Assembly (NCBI GenBank): GCA_035307485.1
Contig: DATGIB010000001.1
Location: forward strand, 161,165-225,164
Length of the DNA stretch: 64,000 bases
Direction: 5' to 3'
From: Candidatus Sulfotelmatobacter sp.
GTDB lineage: Bacteria > Acidobacteriota > Terriglobia > Terriglobales > Acidobacteriaceae
The translations under genes and the position numbers were made by a program. This document shows, piece by piece, positions 19,084 through 29,634 of this stretch (positions are counted from its first letter, which is position 1; each line of letters opens with the position of its first letter). The notes under the pieces are model-generated. The model made no database searches. It was not told the origin of the DNA and saw nothing but the letters and a program-made list of their open reading frames with translations.

Positions 19084-19199
19084 CGAAACGTTTTCACCCC
19101 ACAGACAAGTGCCGCGATTATAGGGATGCGTAGGGGACGATCAATAACAGGAAAATAGTATTTGAGCTGTTGGCAAGTGCAGATCTTCGCTTGCCGAGA

Positions 19200-20996
19200 T
19201 CAGAACGCGCCGCCGCCACCGCCACCGAAGCCTCCGCCGGAGAAGCCGCCACCACCGCCAAAACCTCCACCGCCAAAACCGGACCCCGTGGAACTGGCGC
19301 GCGGCGCTGAAATGAAGACCTGGTGCATGTCGGTAGCCATGCTGTTCATCGAACTGGAGAAGAAAATCGGATTAAAAGCCGTGCCGGGATAGCCGCCAGG
19401 CCCTACGTACCAGGTTGGCGGGTCTTTCACGATTCCGGCGAAGGCCTGAGCCCAGTGATGCTCGACTCCGAGGGCCATAGCGTAGGCAAGATATTTTTCG
19501 AAGGTGGTCGGCGGCATGAGCTTGAGACGCTCACCGTCCACGCGGTTCATGAACTCCTGAAATCCAAGGACTGCTATGCGGACGCGGCTGCCTTTGAGAG
19601 TCTTGGCGGTCATGACACGCGCGAAGAGCCACCAGATCAGCGCGGCGGTGAGTGCGGAAGCGACGAGCAAGGGAGCGGAGCTGAAGAAATTCGCCCAGCC
19701 CAGGTATTGGAAGAGGCCAAATGGAATCAGAATCACGAAGACAGCGACAACGTTGTAGCCGTTGGCCGATTCGGGGTCGAGCAAGTAGATCCCCTTATTT
19801 TTGAGGGCGGCCATGATGTCCTGCCGGATGATGGGCACGGCGGTATAGAAGCGGTTTTTCAGGCTCGATAGGCGCGCCTCCTGCCCGCCGGCGAAGACGT
19901 TTTCGAGCATGACGCGTTCGTGCGGGACCAGGGTTTGATCCGTGAGAGCGGACAAAGGCTTGAGCAGATGGAATACGTAATCTTTGTGGGTAAAGAGGAG
20001 TCCTTTGTCCTCGGTTTCTTCGATCTTGATGTATCCGCGCACCGCAAGGTCGACCATAGTCGAGGTGATGTCGCGGGGATGAATCGTGTCGTCGAGGAGC
20101 GTCCCCGCCTCGGCAGGCGAGATACCGGGCGGCGGTTCGTACATAGGAGCTACGGACATGCCGGGATCGGGATCGCGGCCTTTGTACCACCAGAGGGTGA
20201 ACATCACCGCGAGCGTTACCAGGGGAAGGAACAGAACCGGGTTGCCGCCCACAAACCAGAAGAAACGGGTGATAGCGCCGGGCTCGCGGAGAATTCCTTT
20301 TGGAATGTAAACGTCGATGGTCAGCCCACCACGCATGGGGAGAGGATTATTCGTTTCGAAGTTCGCCTCCGGACCCACGATCTTGCTGCTGGCATCGCGC
20401 TCAGCAGATCCGTACACGCCGGTAAATGCCTGGGCACTCAGAGAGCCTGTCGCGGAATCGGGAAATCGAACAGCGGCCGTCGCGTGATCGATCGGCACAG
20501 GCCAGTCGTTGCCCGTGACGTTCCAGTAAAACTCATCGTGACTTTCGAAAAAGCGCATGCCATTGCGAACTTCGTAAGCGATCTCGACGGTCTTAGTGGT
20601 ATCCACAGCACCCGGAATGAAGATCTTCAGATTGCGCTCGCCGTGGGAGATCGAAGAATCGTATTTGAGATCGCCGCCCTCTCCGTCACTGACTCGCAGC
20701 ACATGGAGGTAGAGTTCGTAGTTCGTGCCATTGGGGCCGGGATACTCAATTGGAATCTGGCGGTAGATGCCATGCCACTCGCCGACAAAGGCGACTGAGA
20801 TGCGTTCGGTAACCACTGCGCTGCCGTCTTGCGCGATATCGATGCTGTCGTGGAAATCGGAGACGCGCCACGATTTCGCCGCCAGGGGCGCAGCCAAGAC
20901 AAGAATGACCGCAAGTAACTCGGGCAAGCGAAGCTTGCATCGTCGATTTGCGCGGTTCTTGGCGGGCAACGTCTCTACGGCGGAAGTGACGATCAT
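19200..20996 (-). CDS. DUF2207-family membrane protein with Gly-rich C-terminal tail
   Basis: Large N-terminal extracytoplasmic domain, several TM helices, and the tail [31 protein letters not shown]. Sits immediately downstream of lemA, the usual LemA-DUF2207 pairing. Confidence 0.75.
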   Translation of the reverse strand: MIVTSAVETLPAKNRANRRCKLRLPELLAVILVLAAPLAAKSWRVSDFHDSIDIAQDGSAVVTERISVAFVGEWHGIYRQIPIEYPGPNGTNYELYLHVLRVSDGEGGDLKYDSSISHGERNLKIFIPGAVDTTKTVEIAYEVRNGMRFFESHDEFYWNVTGNDWPVPIDHATAAVRFPDSATGSLSAQAFTGVYGSAERDASSKIVGPEANFETNNPLPMRGGLTIDVYIPKGILREPGAITRFFWFVGGNPVLFLPLVTLAVMFTLWWYKGRDPDPGMSVAPMYEPPPGISPAEAGTLLDDTIHPRDITSTMVDLAVRGYIKIEETEDKGLLFTHKDYVFHLLKPLSALTDQTLVPHERVMLENVFAGGQEARLSSLKNRFYTAVPIIRQDIMAALKNKGIYLLDPESANGYNVVAVFVILIPFGLFQYLGWANFFSSAPLLVASALTAALIWWLFARVMTAKTLKGSRVRIAVLGFQEFMNRVDGERLKLMPPTTFEKYLAYAMALGVEHHWAQAFAGIVKDPPTWYVGPGGYPGTAFNPIFFSSSMNSMATDMHQVFISAPRASSTGSGFGGGGFGGGGGFSGGGFGGGGGGAF

Positions 20997-21000
20997 GTTG

Positions 21001-21546
21001 CTAGAACTTCACTTGAACTGGCTCACGGTCCGCGTCTGTGGTTTCGAAGAACTGGCGCTGGGTGAAGCCGAACATTCCGGCAATGATATTGGTTGGGAAC
21101 GATTGAATTTTTGTATTGAGATCCCGAACCACCGCGTTGTAATAACGCCGGGAGTTCTGAATGGAATCCTCAGTCTGGCTAAGCGATCCCTGCAGCTGCG
21201 TGAACTCTTCGGAAGCTTTCAGCTGAGGATAGTTCTCGGCTACGGCGAATAGAGTCTTCAAAGCGCCCGTCAGCTGGTTCTCGGCAGCGGCCTTGTCGGC
21301 CGGAGTCGTGGCCTGCATCGCCTGCGAGCGGAACTTCGCAATATCCTCGAAGGTACCTTTTTCGTGGGCCGCGTACCCTTTGACGGTCTCAACCAGGTTG
21401 GGGATCAGGTCATGACGCCGCTTCAGTTGCACGTCAATATCGGACCATGCCGAGTCGCAACGGACCCGGAGCTGCACGAGCCCGTTGTACATGCCGATCA
21501 GGACGACGGCAATGATGACCAGAATGATCAGGACGGCGATGATCAT
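21001..21546 (-). CDS. lemA: LemA family protein
   Basis: N-terminal TM helix, then the conserved [43 protein letters not shown] LemA core. Confidence 0.9.
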   Translation of the reverse strand: MIIAVLIILVIIAVVLIGMYNGLVQLRVRCDSAWSDIDVQLKRRHDLIPNLVETVKGYAAHEKGTFEDIAKFRSQAMQATTPADKAAAENQLTGALKTLFAVAENYPQLKASEEFTQLQGSLSQTEDSIQNSRRYYNAVVRDLNTKIQSFPTNIIAGMFGFTQRQFFETTDADREPVQVKF

Positions 21547-21696
21547 GACGACCTCTCAGCTTTTGAGAAAATGAAATTGCGAAATTCAATGGGACGGTAG
21601 CACAGCGGAAGTCTTGGCGCAAACCGGATGACGGCGCAATTGATTATTTGCTAGAGAAAACGAGAAAGGTTGAAAGCAAATAGCGGAAAGCTCGAT

Positions 21697-22698
21697 TTAC
21701 GGCTGCGGCGCGAAGTAGCCTTTGCGGGCCCGGACCTGCAGATCTTTCTTCAGGGAGGAGATCTCGATGCTGCGGTAGCGGCCATCCGCGTCGAAGTCAG
21801 CGGGTTTGTAGGAGACGACGTATTGACTGCGCAGTTCGTCCTCGATCGCGGCAAAGGAGTGAGTAATATCCTTCATCTTGAATGGGAAGAAGGCTCGTCC
21901 GCCAGTGGCTTCAGCCATCTGCTCGAGAACGCGATCGCCGCGCATGACCAGGCCGCTGTCATCGGTTGAAATCGCATAAATGATGACTTCCGAGCGTTGT
22001 GCCATCTCGATGGCTTGGGCCTTCGTCATCTCGCTCTGATTATCTTCGCCATCGCTGACGATGATGATGGCTTTCCGCACCGGATGTTCCGGACGATCTT
22101 TCAGGAACTTTTCCTTGCAGGAGCGGTAGACAGCGTCATAGAGGGCGGTGCCGCCGCCATCGTGCAACTTGTGAACGCTCGCCGAAAGAAGTTGCACGTT
22201 GTCGGTAAAATCCTGCACCAACTGCATATGGCTGTTAAACCCCTCGACGAATGCCTTATCGAAGCCAACCCGCAGCGTGTGTTGCAGAAAAGAGGTGGCC
22301 GCGCCTTGCTCGAAATCGAAACGGCTATTGACCGATCCACTTACGTCGACAAGCAGCCCCAGGTGCAGGGGTAGATCAGTTTCGCGGCGGAAATTGACGA
22401 TGGCTTGCGGCGGTTTGTGATCGTCAAGAATTGTGAAATCCTTCTGCGTCAGGTCACGAACGAACTTACCGTGCTTGTCGGTAGCGATGAAGAGAACGTT
22501 AACTTCGTTCACCTGCGCACGGATCGTGAGCATCGCGTTTTGCGGGTCATTGGAGCCATCAGGCGTGGGGTTTCCGCTATCGAGCGCGCTGAGCGAGTTG
22601 GAATCCGAGGCAAACGAAGACTGGGCGGGCGCCTTGACCACCATGGCCAAAGCCGCCAACAGCACCAAACCGCTCAGCGTGAATCCCGTGTACTTCAT
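21697..22698 (-). CDS. von Willebrand factor type A (VWA) domain protein, secreted
   Basis: Signal peptide from MKYTGFTLSGLVLLAALA. MIDAS-like LLVDVSGS. The overall layout resembles the VWFA-related proteins common in Acidobacteria. Confidence 0.75.
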   Translation of the reverse strand: MKYTGFTLSGLVLLAALAMVVKAPAQSSFASDSNSLSALDSGNPTPDGSNDPQNAMLTIRAQVNEVNVLFIATDKHGKFVRDLTQKDFTILDDHKPPQAIVNFRRETDLPLHLGLLVDVSGSVNSRFDFEQGAATSFLQHTLRVGFDKAFVEGFNSHMQLVQDFTDNVQLLSASVHKLHDGGGTALYDAVYRSCKEKFLKDRPEHPVRKAIIIVSDGEDNQSEMTKAQAIEMAQRSEVIIYAISTDDSGLVMRGDRVLEQMAEATGGRAFFPFKMKDITHSFAAIEDELRSQYVVSYKPADFDADGRYRSIEISSLKKDLQVRARKGYFAPQP

Positions 22699-23028
22699 GC
22701 CTTGATATTCCAAAAATTTCACTGGCAGCCCGCTTTCCAAGCCCTTCTGCGCGACTTACCAATACCGCTAAGGTATTGGATGCACGCCAGATGCCGAAAT
22801 CTTCAGGCGCTCCGGGCCGTTGCATCCCATTGACTTTAGGACGCCTTTCGGCTGGGAGCCAAGTTACAAAAGGAGCACACGCACGGTCATGGCCAGCAAG
22901 TTGCAGATTCTACAGCTTGCGCGGTAAGGGATTGACCACCCGGCAGTGGCCCATCGTATTCGGGTTGCCGAACCTGGTGGTGATAAAACACCGCGTATTC
23001 CCTAAAATCTCATTCTGGGGGGGCGTTC

Positions 23029-23739
23029 ATGAAGAAATGGCTCTGCTGTGTTCTAACGGTTTTTATCGCAGCTGCGGCATTCGCTGTGGATGATGAGCGG
23101 GAGGAAGAGCGGGTTAAAGATGCAGGAACTGTGATGAAGGAGATCCTGAATATTCCCGACGACATTCCCCAGGACCTGCTGGATAAGGCGGAGTGCGTGA
23201 TCATCCTGCCTTCCGTGAAGAAGGGCGCGTTTGGAATCGGCGGAAGCTATGGACGCGGCGTGATGGTTTGCCGCGGTGGAGAGCACTACAAGGGAAAGTG
23301 GGGCGCACCGGCGTTGTATGCGCTCGAAGGTGTCAGCATCGGGTTCCAGTTGGGCGGACAGGCCACCGACTTCGTGTTGCTGGTGATGAATCCCAAGGGT
23401 GCAGAATCGCTGCTGTACAGCAAAGTAAAACTGGGCGCCGATGCATCGGCGGCTGCCGGTCCGAAGGGCCGCACTGCGGAGGGAGCGACCGACGTTGTGA
23501 TGAGCGCCGAAATCCTGTCTTACTCGCGGAGCAAGGGATTGTTTGCCGGCGTTTCGCTGGAAGGATCGACGCTGCGCTCTGATGGCAGCGCCAATGAGAA
23601 GCTTTACGGAAAAAAGTTGACCGCGAAGGAAATCATTCGCGAAAACAAGGTTGGCGTTCCTGCTTGCGCGCGTGAGCTCGTGTCGTTGCTCGATTCCAAG
23701 TCGCCGGTTAATAAATCGGACCCGAAGTCATTAGAGTAA
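23029..23739 (+). CDS. SYLF (Ysc84/DUF500) lipid-binding domain protein, secreted
   Basis: Signal peptide. Conserved segments AECVIILPSVKKGAFGIGGSYGRGV and ILSYSRSKGLFAGVSLEGS. Confidence 0.75.
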   Translation: MKKWLCCVLTVFIAAAAFAVDDEREEERVKDAGTVMKEILNIPDDIPQDLLDKAECVIILPSVKKGAFGIGGSYGRGVMVCRGGEHYKGKWGAPALYALEGVSIGFQLGGQATDFVLLVMNPKGAESLLYSKVKLGADASAAAGPKGRTAEGATDVVMSAEILSYSRSKGLFAGVSLEGSTLRSDGSANEKLYGKKLTAKEIIRENKVGVPACARELVSLLDSKSPVNKSDPKSLE

Positions 23740-23845
23740 AGCGCATCACTCCATTTGTTTCGTGCCCTTCGTGGTCTTTTTTGTTCATCGCGTCGCAAGA
23801 GAGATCAGGAACCGCGAAGGGCACGCAGGTCCACGAAAGACAGAT

Positions 23846-24430
23846 ATGGGACGTTCCGAAAAAATCCGGTGCGCGTGGGCTCGTGGCGACCTCTCCATCC
23901 TCTATCACGACCAGGAGTGGGGTGTGCCGGTGCATGATGACCGCACACTCTTTGAGTTTCTGATCCTGGAAGGAGCGCAGGCGGGGCTGAGCTGGAATAC
24001 GATTCTCAATAAGCGGGAGAATTACCGCAAAGCGTTCGAAGGCTTCCATCCGGAGCGGGTCGCAACATTTGACAAGCGCAAGATCCAGCTCCTGTTGCGC
24101 GATCCAGGCATCGTGCGCAATCGATTGAAAATTGTTTCCGCCGTCGAAAATGCGAAAGTGTTTCTGCGAATGCAGCAGGAGTATGGGAGCTTCGATTCGT
24201 TTATCTGGCAATTCGTCGGCGGATCAACCCGAGTGAATCATTGGAAATCCATGTCGCGGCTGCCTGCTCGAACCGCCGAGTCCGATGCGATGAGCAAGGA
24301 GCTCAAGCGTCAAGGATTCAACTTTGTGGGTTCAACGATTTGCTACGCCTTCATGCAGGCGGTCGGGATGGTCAACGATCACCTGACGGGCTGCTACCGC
24401 TACACGGAACTCGGCGGGAAGAAACGCTGA
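23846..24430 (+). CDS. tag: DNA-3-methyladenine glycosylase I
   Basis: RCAWA...YHDQEWGVPVHDDRTLFEFLILEGAQAGLSWNTIL is the canonical Tag signature. Start trimmed to ATG 23846. Confidence 0.9.
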   Translation: MGRSEKIRCAWARGDLSILYHDQEWGVPVHDDRTLFEFLILEGAQAGLSWNTILNKRENYRKAFEGFHPERVATFDKRKIQLLLRDPGIVRNRLKIVSAVENAKVFLRMQQEYGSFDSFIWQFVGGSTRVNHWKSMSRLPARTAESDAMSKELKRQGFNFVGSTICYAFMQAVGMVNDHLTGCYRYTELGGKKR

Positions 24431-24458
24431 GTGGCGATCATCTTCCGCCCTCATCTCG

Positions 24459-27212
24459 TCATCCGGTGTTGTGAAGTCCCGCCGCGATTCCATTGATCGT
24501 AGCACCGAGCGAGTATTCGAGATCCGCGCTGTGCTGGCCCTGCTGCTTCCGCCGCAATAATTCAACCTGAATCAGGCTCATGGGATCGACGTAAGGGTTG
24601 CGCAGCCGGATGGAGCGGGCCAGGACCCGATTGCGGGCGAGCAGTTCGCGCTGTCCGGTCACGCGTAATATCATGCGCCGGGAGCGAAGGAATTCTTCTT
24701 CCAGCATGGAGAACACGCGCTTTCCGAGCGCCGCGTCCTTGACCAGTTCGGAGTAGAGACGGGAAATGCCGAGGTCGGCTTTGGCCATACCCAGTTCCAC
24801 GTTGCGAACGAGGTCGGCGAAGATGGGAAAGCCACGCACAATTTGACGCAACAGCTGCTCATGTCCGGGTCCGCTCTTCGCGAATTTTTCGAGCGCGTAT
24901 CCGACGCCGAACCAAGCCGGGACCGCATGCCGGCTCTGCATCCACCCGAAGACCCATGGGATGGCACGCAGATCCTCGAGGCGCCTGCCCTTGGTGCGCC
25001 GCGAGGGACGAGAACCGATGCGGGCCGAGTCCAGTTCATTCACCGGTGTAGCCTGCTCGAAGTATTCGAGCACTTCGGGATTGTCGGCAATCTCCTTTCG
25101 GTAATAACCGTAGGCGTCCTGTGACATCTCTTCGATCGCTTCTTCCCACCGGGGGAGATGCCGCTGGTCGTCGGCTCCCGGCCGAGTCAAAACCTCGAAG
25201 CTGGCTGCGATCATCAATTCGAGGTTCCACTCGGCCAACACCGGGTCGGCATATTTCCAGTTGAGGACTTCTCCCTGCTCGGTGATGCGGATCTGTCCCG
25301 AAAAGCATCTTGGCGGCTGGGCCAAAATGGCAGAGTGCGTGGGACCTCCGCCGCGGCCGACAGTGCCGCCGCGACCGTGAAAGAGACGCAGCTTGACGCC
25401 GCACTCCTCGGCGCCGCGATGCAGTTCACGGTGCGCTTTGTAGAGCTCCCAGGTGCTGGTGAGCATGCCGCCATCTTTGTTGGAGTCCGAGTATCCCAAC
25501 ATGACTTCCTGCCAGCGGTCCCAGGAGTCCAGCAGGACACCGTATTCGGGCTCGGTCCACACGCGCCGCATGACGGCTGCCGCCGTTCGCAGCGAATCGA
25601 TGGATTCAAACAGTGGAACCGGCATCAGGCCGGGATCGCCCGCCGATGCCTTCATGGATACACCCGATGCTTTCGCAAGACTGATCAGCGAGAGAATGTC
25701 GGCGTCGGTTTCCGCGCCGCTGATGACGTAGCGACAGATCGAGTCCGGGGAATACGCGCGCTTGAGTTCGCTGATGACTCGCAAAGTGGCACGTAATTCT
25801 TCGACGTCCGCGGAGGCTGCGCTGCTGTTCAAGTCCGGCCCCAGCTCACGCACTGCCTGTGCATGTACGCGGGCATGCTGCCGGATATCAAGCGTGTAGA
25901 GACTGAAGCGAAAGGTGCGCACCTTTCTCAGAAGGAAATCGACATAACTGGTGGCAAGCTGGCGGCCATGATGGGAAATCAGGCTATCCCGTAACAACAC
26001 CAGGTCCGACTCGAATTCATCGGCGGAGGCGTAACCCTGGCCACGAGGAGAATCCTTAGCCTGCAGCAGCTTGTGAAACATGTATGAGAGGAAGCGGCGA
26101 TAGGTCTCCGAAGTGTTCCCGGGCCCCCATGCCAAATGGATGCTGGTAATGGTTTCTTCATACTGCTTCAGGCGTGACAGCAATATCTTCGACACGCCCA
26201 CCTGCCGGCGCGAGGAGCTGAGGCGGTCGCTCAGCAATTCCACGTCGTTGAGGTATTCCCGCAAAATCAAGTCGCGGCCCATCTGAAGAGCATCGCGGGT
26301 ACATTGCGGATTCACCATCGGGTTGCCGTCGCGATCTCCCCCAATCCACGACCCGAACTTTATGACCCCGGGCAGTGCGGACTGCTCTAAGTCGACGCCG
26401 TACACCTCGCGAATGGATTCGGCGATTTCGCGATAGATCCGGGGCAGGGCGTCGAAGACGGAGAGACGGAAATACCTCAGTCCCATTCGGATTTCGTCAT
26501 CGACGGTGGGCTTGGTCAAGCGGACTTCGTCGGTTTGCCAGAGCGATGTCACTTCGGCGCGAATGTTCGCTTCGCAGGTCTCCGCATCCTCGGCGGTAAG
26601 AGGGAGCCGATCCAGCCGCTCCAGTTGGCGAGCGATTCGGCGACGCTTCAGGAGAACCGTCTGGCGCGCAACTTCGGTGGGGTGAGCCGTGAATACCGGC
26701 ATGATCCAGATTTGCCGCAGCGCCTCAAGCGCCTGCTCAGCGGAGATGCCGGCCTCTTTCATCCGCAACAGCGTCCCGCGGAATGAGCCGGGGAGGGTGG
26801 GCGATTCGCGGTCCAGCTTCCCGGCGCGGCGGCGGCGTTTGCGATGGTTGGTTTCCGCAAGATTCGTCAGCTCGAAATAGATCGCGAAGGCCTTGGTTAC
26901 CTGGTACGAACGAGCGAGATCCATCCCGGAGACAATCTGCCGGGCCCGCAGGATTAATTCGCGATCGGACGACGAATCGCCGCGGGCGCTCTCGCGATAA
27001 CTAATGAGCAGCTTGCGCAGCTCTTCGACGGCTTCGAAGACCTCTTGCCCGGCCTGTTCTGCCAGGACCTGACCAAGCAAAGTACCGAGCGAGCGTACGT
27101 CGCGGCGCAGCGGATTGTCTTTGATCGCCTCATCGGAGGGCGCAGTCAGCTCCGCCAGACGGGCGGTCTGATCGTCGGCTTTCCAGAGCGGTTTGTGCGC
27201 AAGTTGGGGCAT
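24459..27212 (-). CDS. ppc: phosphoenolpyruvate carboxylase
   Basis: 917 aa. VFTAHPTEV, GYSDSNKDGG, FHGRGGTVGRGGGP and C-terminal ...AAGLHNTG are all PEPC hallmarks. Confidence 0.95.
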   Translation of the reverse strand: MPQLAHKPLWKADDQTARLAELTAPSDEAIKDNPLRRDVRSLGTLLGQVLAEQAGQEVFEAVEELRKLLISYRESARGDSSSDRELILRARQIVSGMDLARSYQVTKAFAIYFELTNLAETNHRKRRRRAGKLDRESPTLPGSFRGTLLRMKEAGISAEQALEALRQIWIMPVFTAHPTEVARQTVLLKRRRIARQLERLDRLPLTAEDAETCEANIRAEVTSLWQTDEVRLTKPTVDDEIRMGLRYFRLSVFDALPRIYREIAESIREVYGVDLEQSALPGVIKFGSWIGGDRDGNPMVNPQCTRDALQMGRDLILREYLNDVELLSDRLSSSRRQVGVSKILLSRLKQYEETITSIHLAWGPGNTSETYRRFLSYMFHKLLQAKDSPRGQGYASADEFESDLVLLRDSLISHHGRQLATSYVDFLLRKVRTFRFSLYTLDIRQHARVHAQAVRELGPDLNSSAASADVEELRATLRVISELKRAYSPDSICRYVISGAETDADILSLISLAKASGVSMKASAGDPGLMPVPLFESIDSLRTAAAVMRRVWTEPEYGVLLDSWDRWQEVMLGYSDSNKDGGMLTSTWELYKAHRELHRGAEECGVKLRLFHGRGGTVGRGGGPTHSAILAQPPRCFSGQIRITEQGEVLNWKYADPVLAEWNLELMIAASFEVLTRPGADDQRHLPRWEEAIEEMSQDAYGYYRKEIADNPEVLEYFEQATPVNELDSARIGSRPSRRTKGRRLEDLRAIPWVFGWMQSRHAVPAWFGVGYALEKFAKSGPGHEQLLRQIVRGFPIFADLVRNVELGMAKADLGISRLYSELVKDAALGKRVFSMLEEEFLRSRRMILRVTGQRELLARNRVLARSIRLRNPYVDPMSLIQVELLRRKQQGQHSADLEYSLGATINGIAAGLHNTG

Positions 27213-27322
27213 TCCGAGTCAGCGGCAGGAATAAGACAGAATAAACGACGCGGCGGCAGGCTGTGTTTGAAAAGAGGCGGATGCGTCGCTCGGTGGGCAG
27301 GAGGCTTGGCCGGGATCGCCTG

Positions 27323-28075
27323 CTACCGGGGAATTTCGAAGCGGTAGCCGATTCCGCGCAAGGTTTTCAGGTATTGCGGGTGACGGGGATCGGGCTCAAT
27401 CTTCTCGCGCAGCCGCCGGATATAAACGTCAATGGAACGCGGAGTGACGAACGGCGTTTCCTTCCAGACAGCGTCGAGAAGCTGATCGCGCGTCAAAACC
27501 CTGCCGCGATGTGTGGCCAGGTATTCGAGGAGCCTGAATTCCCGAACGGTGGTCAAGACGTTTCGGCCGCGGATCTGCACGGTCATGGAGGAGATGTCGA
27601 TCTCCAGCTCGCCAAGCCGAAGCACTTCGGTGACCGCCGGCCCTTTGCCTGTGCCTCGCAGTACGCTGCGCACGCGCGCGACCAGTTCCCGCGGACTGAA
27701 CGGCTTGGTGATGTAATCGTCCCCGCCGAGTTCCAGGCCCTTTACGCGATCTGCCTCGGAAACTTTCGCCGTCAGGAAAATGATCGGGGTCGCGGAAACC
27801 GCGGGACTTTGCCGGATATGACGGCACAGCTCAAACCCGTCGGCACCCGGCAACATGATGTCCAGCAGGATGAGCGCGGGCGTTTCGCGAACAGTCTGGG
27901 CCAGCACGGTAGCGCCACTCACAAACGTTTGGACCTCAAAACCGGCCGAGCGCAGGTTATGTGAGATTAGGCGGGCAATGTCCACATCGTCTTCGACGAC
28001 GAAAATCAGCGGCCGCACCGCGGCAGGGGCCGCAGGACCGTCGGAACGCTCGAATGATTCGGCTGGCAATTGCAT
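27323..28075 (-). CDS. OmpR/PhoB-family response regulator
   Basis: Receiver (FVVEDDVDIARL, ILLDIMLPGADG, KP) plus winged-helix output (VYIRRLREKIE...LKTLRGIGYRF). Start trimmed to MQLPAES (28075). Confidence 0.85.
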   Translation of the reverse strand: MQLPAESFERSDGPAAPAAVRPLIFVVEDDVDIARLISHNLRSAGFEVQTFVSGATVLAQTVRETPALILLDIMLPGADGFELCRHIRQSPAVSATPIIFLTAKVSEADRVKGLELGGDDYITKPFSPRELVARVRSVLRGTGKGPAVTEVLRLGELEIDISSMTVQIRGRNVLTTVREFRLLEYLATHRGRVLTRDQLLDAVWKETPFVTPRSIDVYIRRLREKIEPDPRHPQYLKTLRGIGYRFEIPR

Positions 28076-28240
28076 GTGATCCAAGGTTCCCCACCAGTCG
28101 CATCCATTCGAGGGGAAGAGTGAGACTTTAAAAGTATGTTGGTAATGTTGCGCGAATGTTTCCCTTCTGTTAACGATCGATGAATTTGCGAAGGAGGTGC
28201 TCGTCTTCGCAATGGCAGAGGGCACAAGGTGGCGGGTGAG

Positions 28241-28981
28241 CTAGTTGGCAGCTTTCTTTTTTGGGGCGTGACGCAAGCTGCGGCCTTCAATCAGGCTATA
28301 GAGTTCCTCTGCGAGATTGGTGGAATGGTCTCCGGCGCGCTCGAGAGCCTGGGCCATGAGTAAAATCTCAAACCCGGAAGTGTCTCCCTGGGGAACATTT
28401 TCAGCCAGATGCTCCTGAAACAATCCATGACAGATGCGGTCGATGTCTTTATCCATCTGCAGCACCTTTCGGGCACACTCCAGATCGAGGGTGGTGAACC
28501 CCTTGTACATCGTCTCAAGCATCTCGCAGAGCACGGCGGACATTTCGACGAGCCGACGGATATCGGAGGCGGGAATCCTGGTCGTCCTTGCCTGGACGCG
28601 CAATGCGACGCTCATCACGAGGTCGCCGATACGCTCCAAATCTGTTGTCGATTTCAGGGTAGAGAGCAATTGCCGCGCGCGAGCTTCATTGACGCGAGTG
28701 ATGGCGGCCGGCATGGCATCATCGATCTGCCGCTCGATGAGATCCAACTCTTTTTCGCAGTCCTTAATGGCAAGAAACGCCATACGGGATGATTGGGTCA
28801 GAAGATCGCGGACGTTGAAGGCGGCATCCCGCGCGATGAGGACTGCCTTCAGCGCGAGTCGGCTTAAGTCATGAGGAGCAACGGCCCGGCGCGTTCCTTG
28901 CGCTGCCTGGGCCGACTGACGCACTCCACTACCGAGGCTTCCTGCCTTATCGTTCGGCGTCGATGATGGGCGTTTGGGCAT
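28241..28981 (-). CDS. phoU: PhoU-family phosphate signalling protein
   Basis: Two PhoU repeats with E/DxxxD-type motifs (DLERIGDLV, ALERAGDHSTNLAE). The start at MPKRPSS is uncertain because it would overlap the longest form of the divergent DinB ORF. Confidence 0.7.
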   Translation of the reverse strand: MPKRPSSTPNDKAGSLGSGVRQSAQAAQGTRRAVAPHDLSRLALKAVLIARDAAFNVRDLLTQSSRMAFLAIKDCEKELDLIERQIDDAMPAAITRVNEARARQLLSTLKSTTDLERIGDLVMSVALRVQARTTRIPASDIRRLVEMSAVLCEMLETMYKGFTTLDLECARKVLQMDKDIDRICHGLFQEHLAENVPQGDTSGFEILLMAQALERAGDHSTNLAEELYSLIEGRSLRHAPKKKAAN

Positions 28982-29103
28982 TAGGAAACTTCTCAGGTTA
29001 TAGCGAAACCAGGCTGGTTGGCGAACTCGCAGTGTATCGCCGGAATGTGAAAGGATGGTTACAACCTGTTGCTTCCGCGCTTGAGGCTGACCGGGGGTTT
29101 CGT

Positions 29104-29571
29104 TTGAACCATTCTGAATATCTGCGCCGACAATTTGCTTACGATGTGTGGGCCAATCAAGCCGTGCTGGCAGCATTGGAGGAACAGGGCGCCGATAGCC
29201 GAAGCCTGGAGTTAATGGTTCACATCGTTGCTTCGGAGCAACTCTGGCTGGACCGCCTGATGCAACAGCCGCAAAGCACCGCGGTATGGCCAACGGCGGA
29301 CCTGCTCGAATGCCGGCTGCGAGCATCGCACATGGAAAGGTCATGGCGAGAGTACATGGACCGAACCACCGAGGACGATCTCGAAACCGTTATCCCATAC
29401 AAGAACAGCAAAGGCGAAACATGGACGAGCACGGTCCGCGATATTCTGAACCACGTTCTGATGCACTCGACCTATCACCGTGGCCAAATCGCCACCCATA
29501 TGCGCGAAAAAGGACAAATCCCAGCCTATACAGATTTCATTCACGCCATACGGCAAGGACTGGTGCGGTAG
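29104..29571 (+). CDS. DinB-family (damage-inducible, four-helix bundle) protein
   Basis: YDVWAN, HIVASEQLW and HSTYHRGQI motifs. The track ORF starts at 28963. A TTG at 29104 preceded by GGGGG gives a typical ~155-aa DinB and avoids overlap with phoU. Start uncertain. Confidence 0.7.
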   Translation: MNHSEYLRRQFAYDVWANQAVLAALEEQGADSRSLELMVHIVASEQLWLDRLMQQPQSTAVWPTADLLECRLRASHMERSWREYMDRTTEDDLETVIPYKNSKGETWTSTVRDILNHVLMHSTYHRGQIATHMREKGQIPAYTDFIHAIRQGLVR

Positions 29572-29634
29572 CGGATGGGGGATCGGGTCCGTTGCTCTTT
29601 GCCGACCATGGGGCCACGTCGTAATATTTCAGCA

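Noticed and set aside
19162-19392. Plus-strand ORF encoding a proline-rich peptide ([25 protein letters not shown])
   Set aside because: It is the antisense shadow of the Gly-rich C-terminal tail of the DUF2207 protein (GGN codons read as NCC).
24459-27212. Numerous 60-210-aa ORFs on both strands inside ppc; similar nests occur inside hbd, htrA, the HD-GYP gene, the PP2C gene and the cytochrome genes
   Set aside because: These are typical high-GC shadow ORFs. They are Arg/Ala/Pro/Gly-rich with no motifs and lie entirely within genes that have unambiguous family signatures.
28963-29103. Long form of the DinB-family ORF starting at ATG 28963
   Set aside because: It would overlap the divergently transcribed phoU start (28981) by 19 nt and add ~47 residues not typical of DinB proteins. 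An internal TTG with a G-rich upstream stretch is more plausible, but this is unproven.
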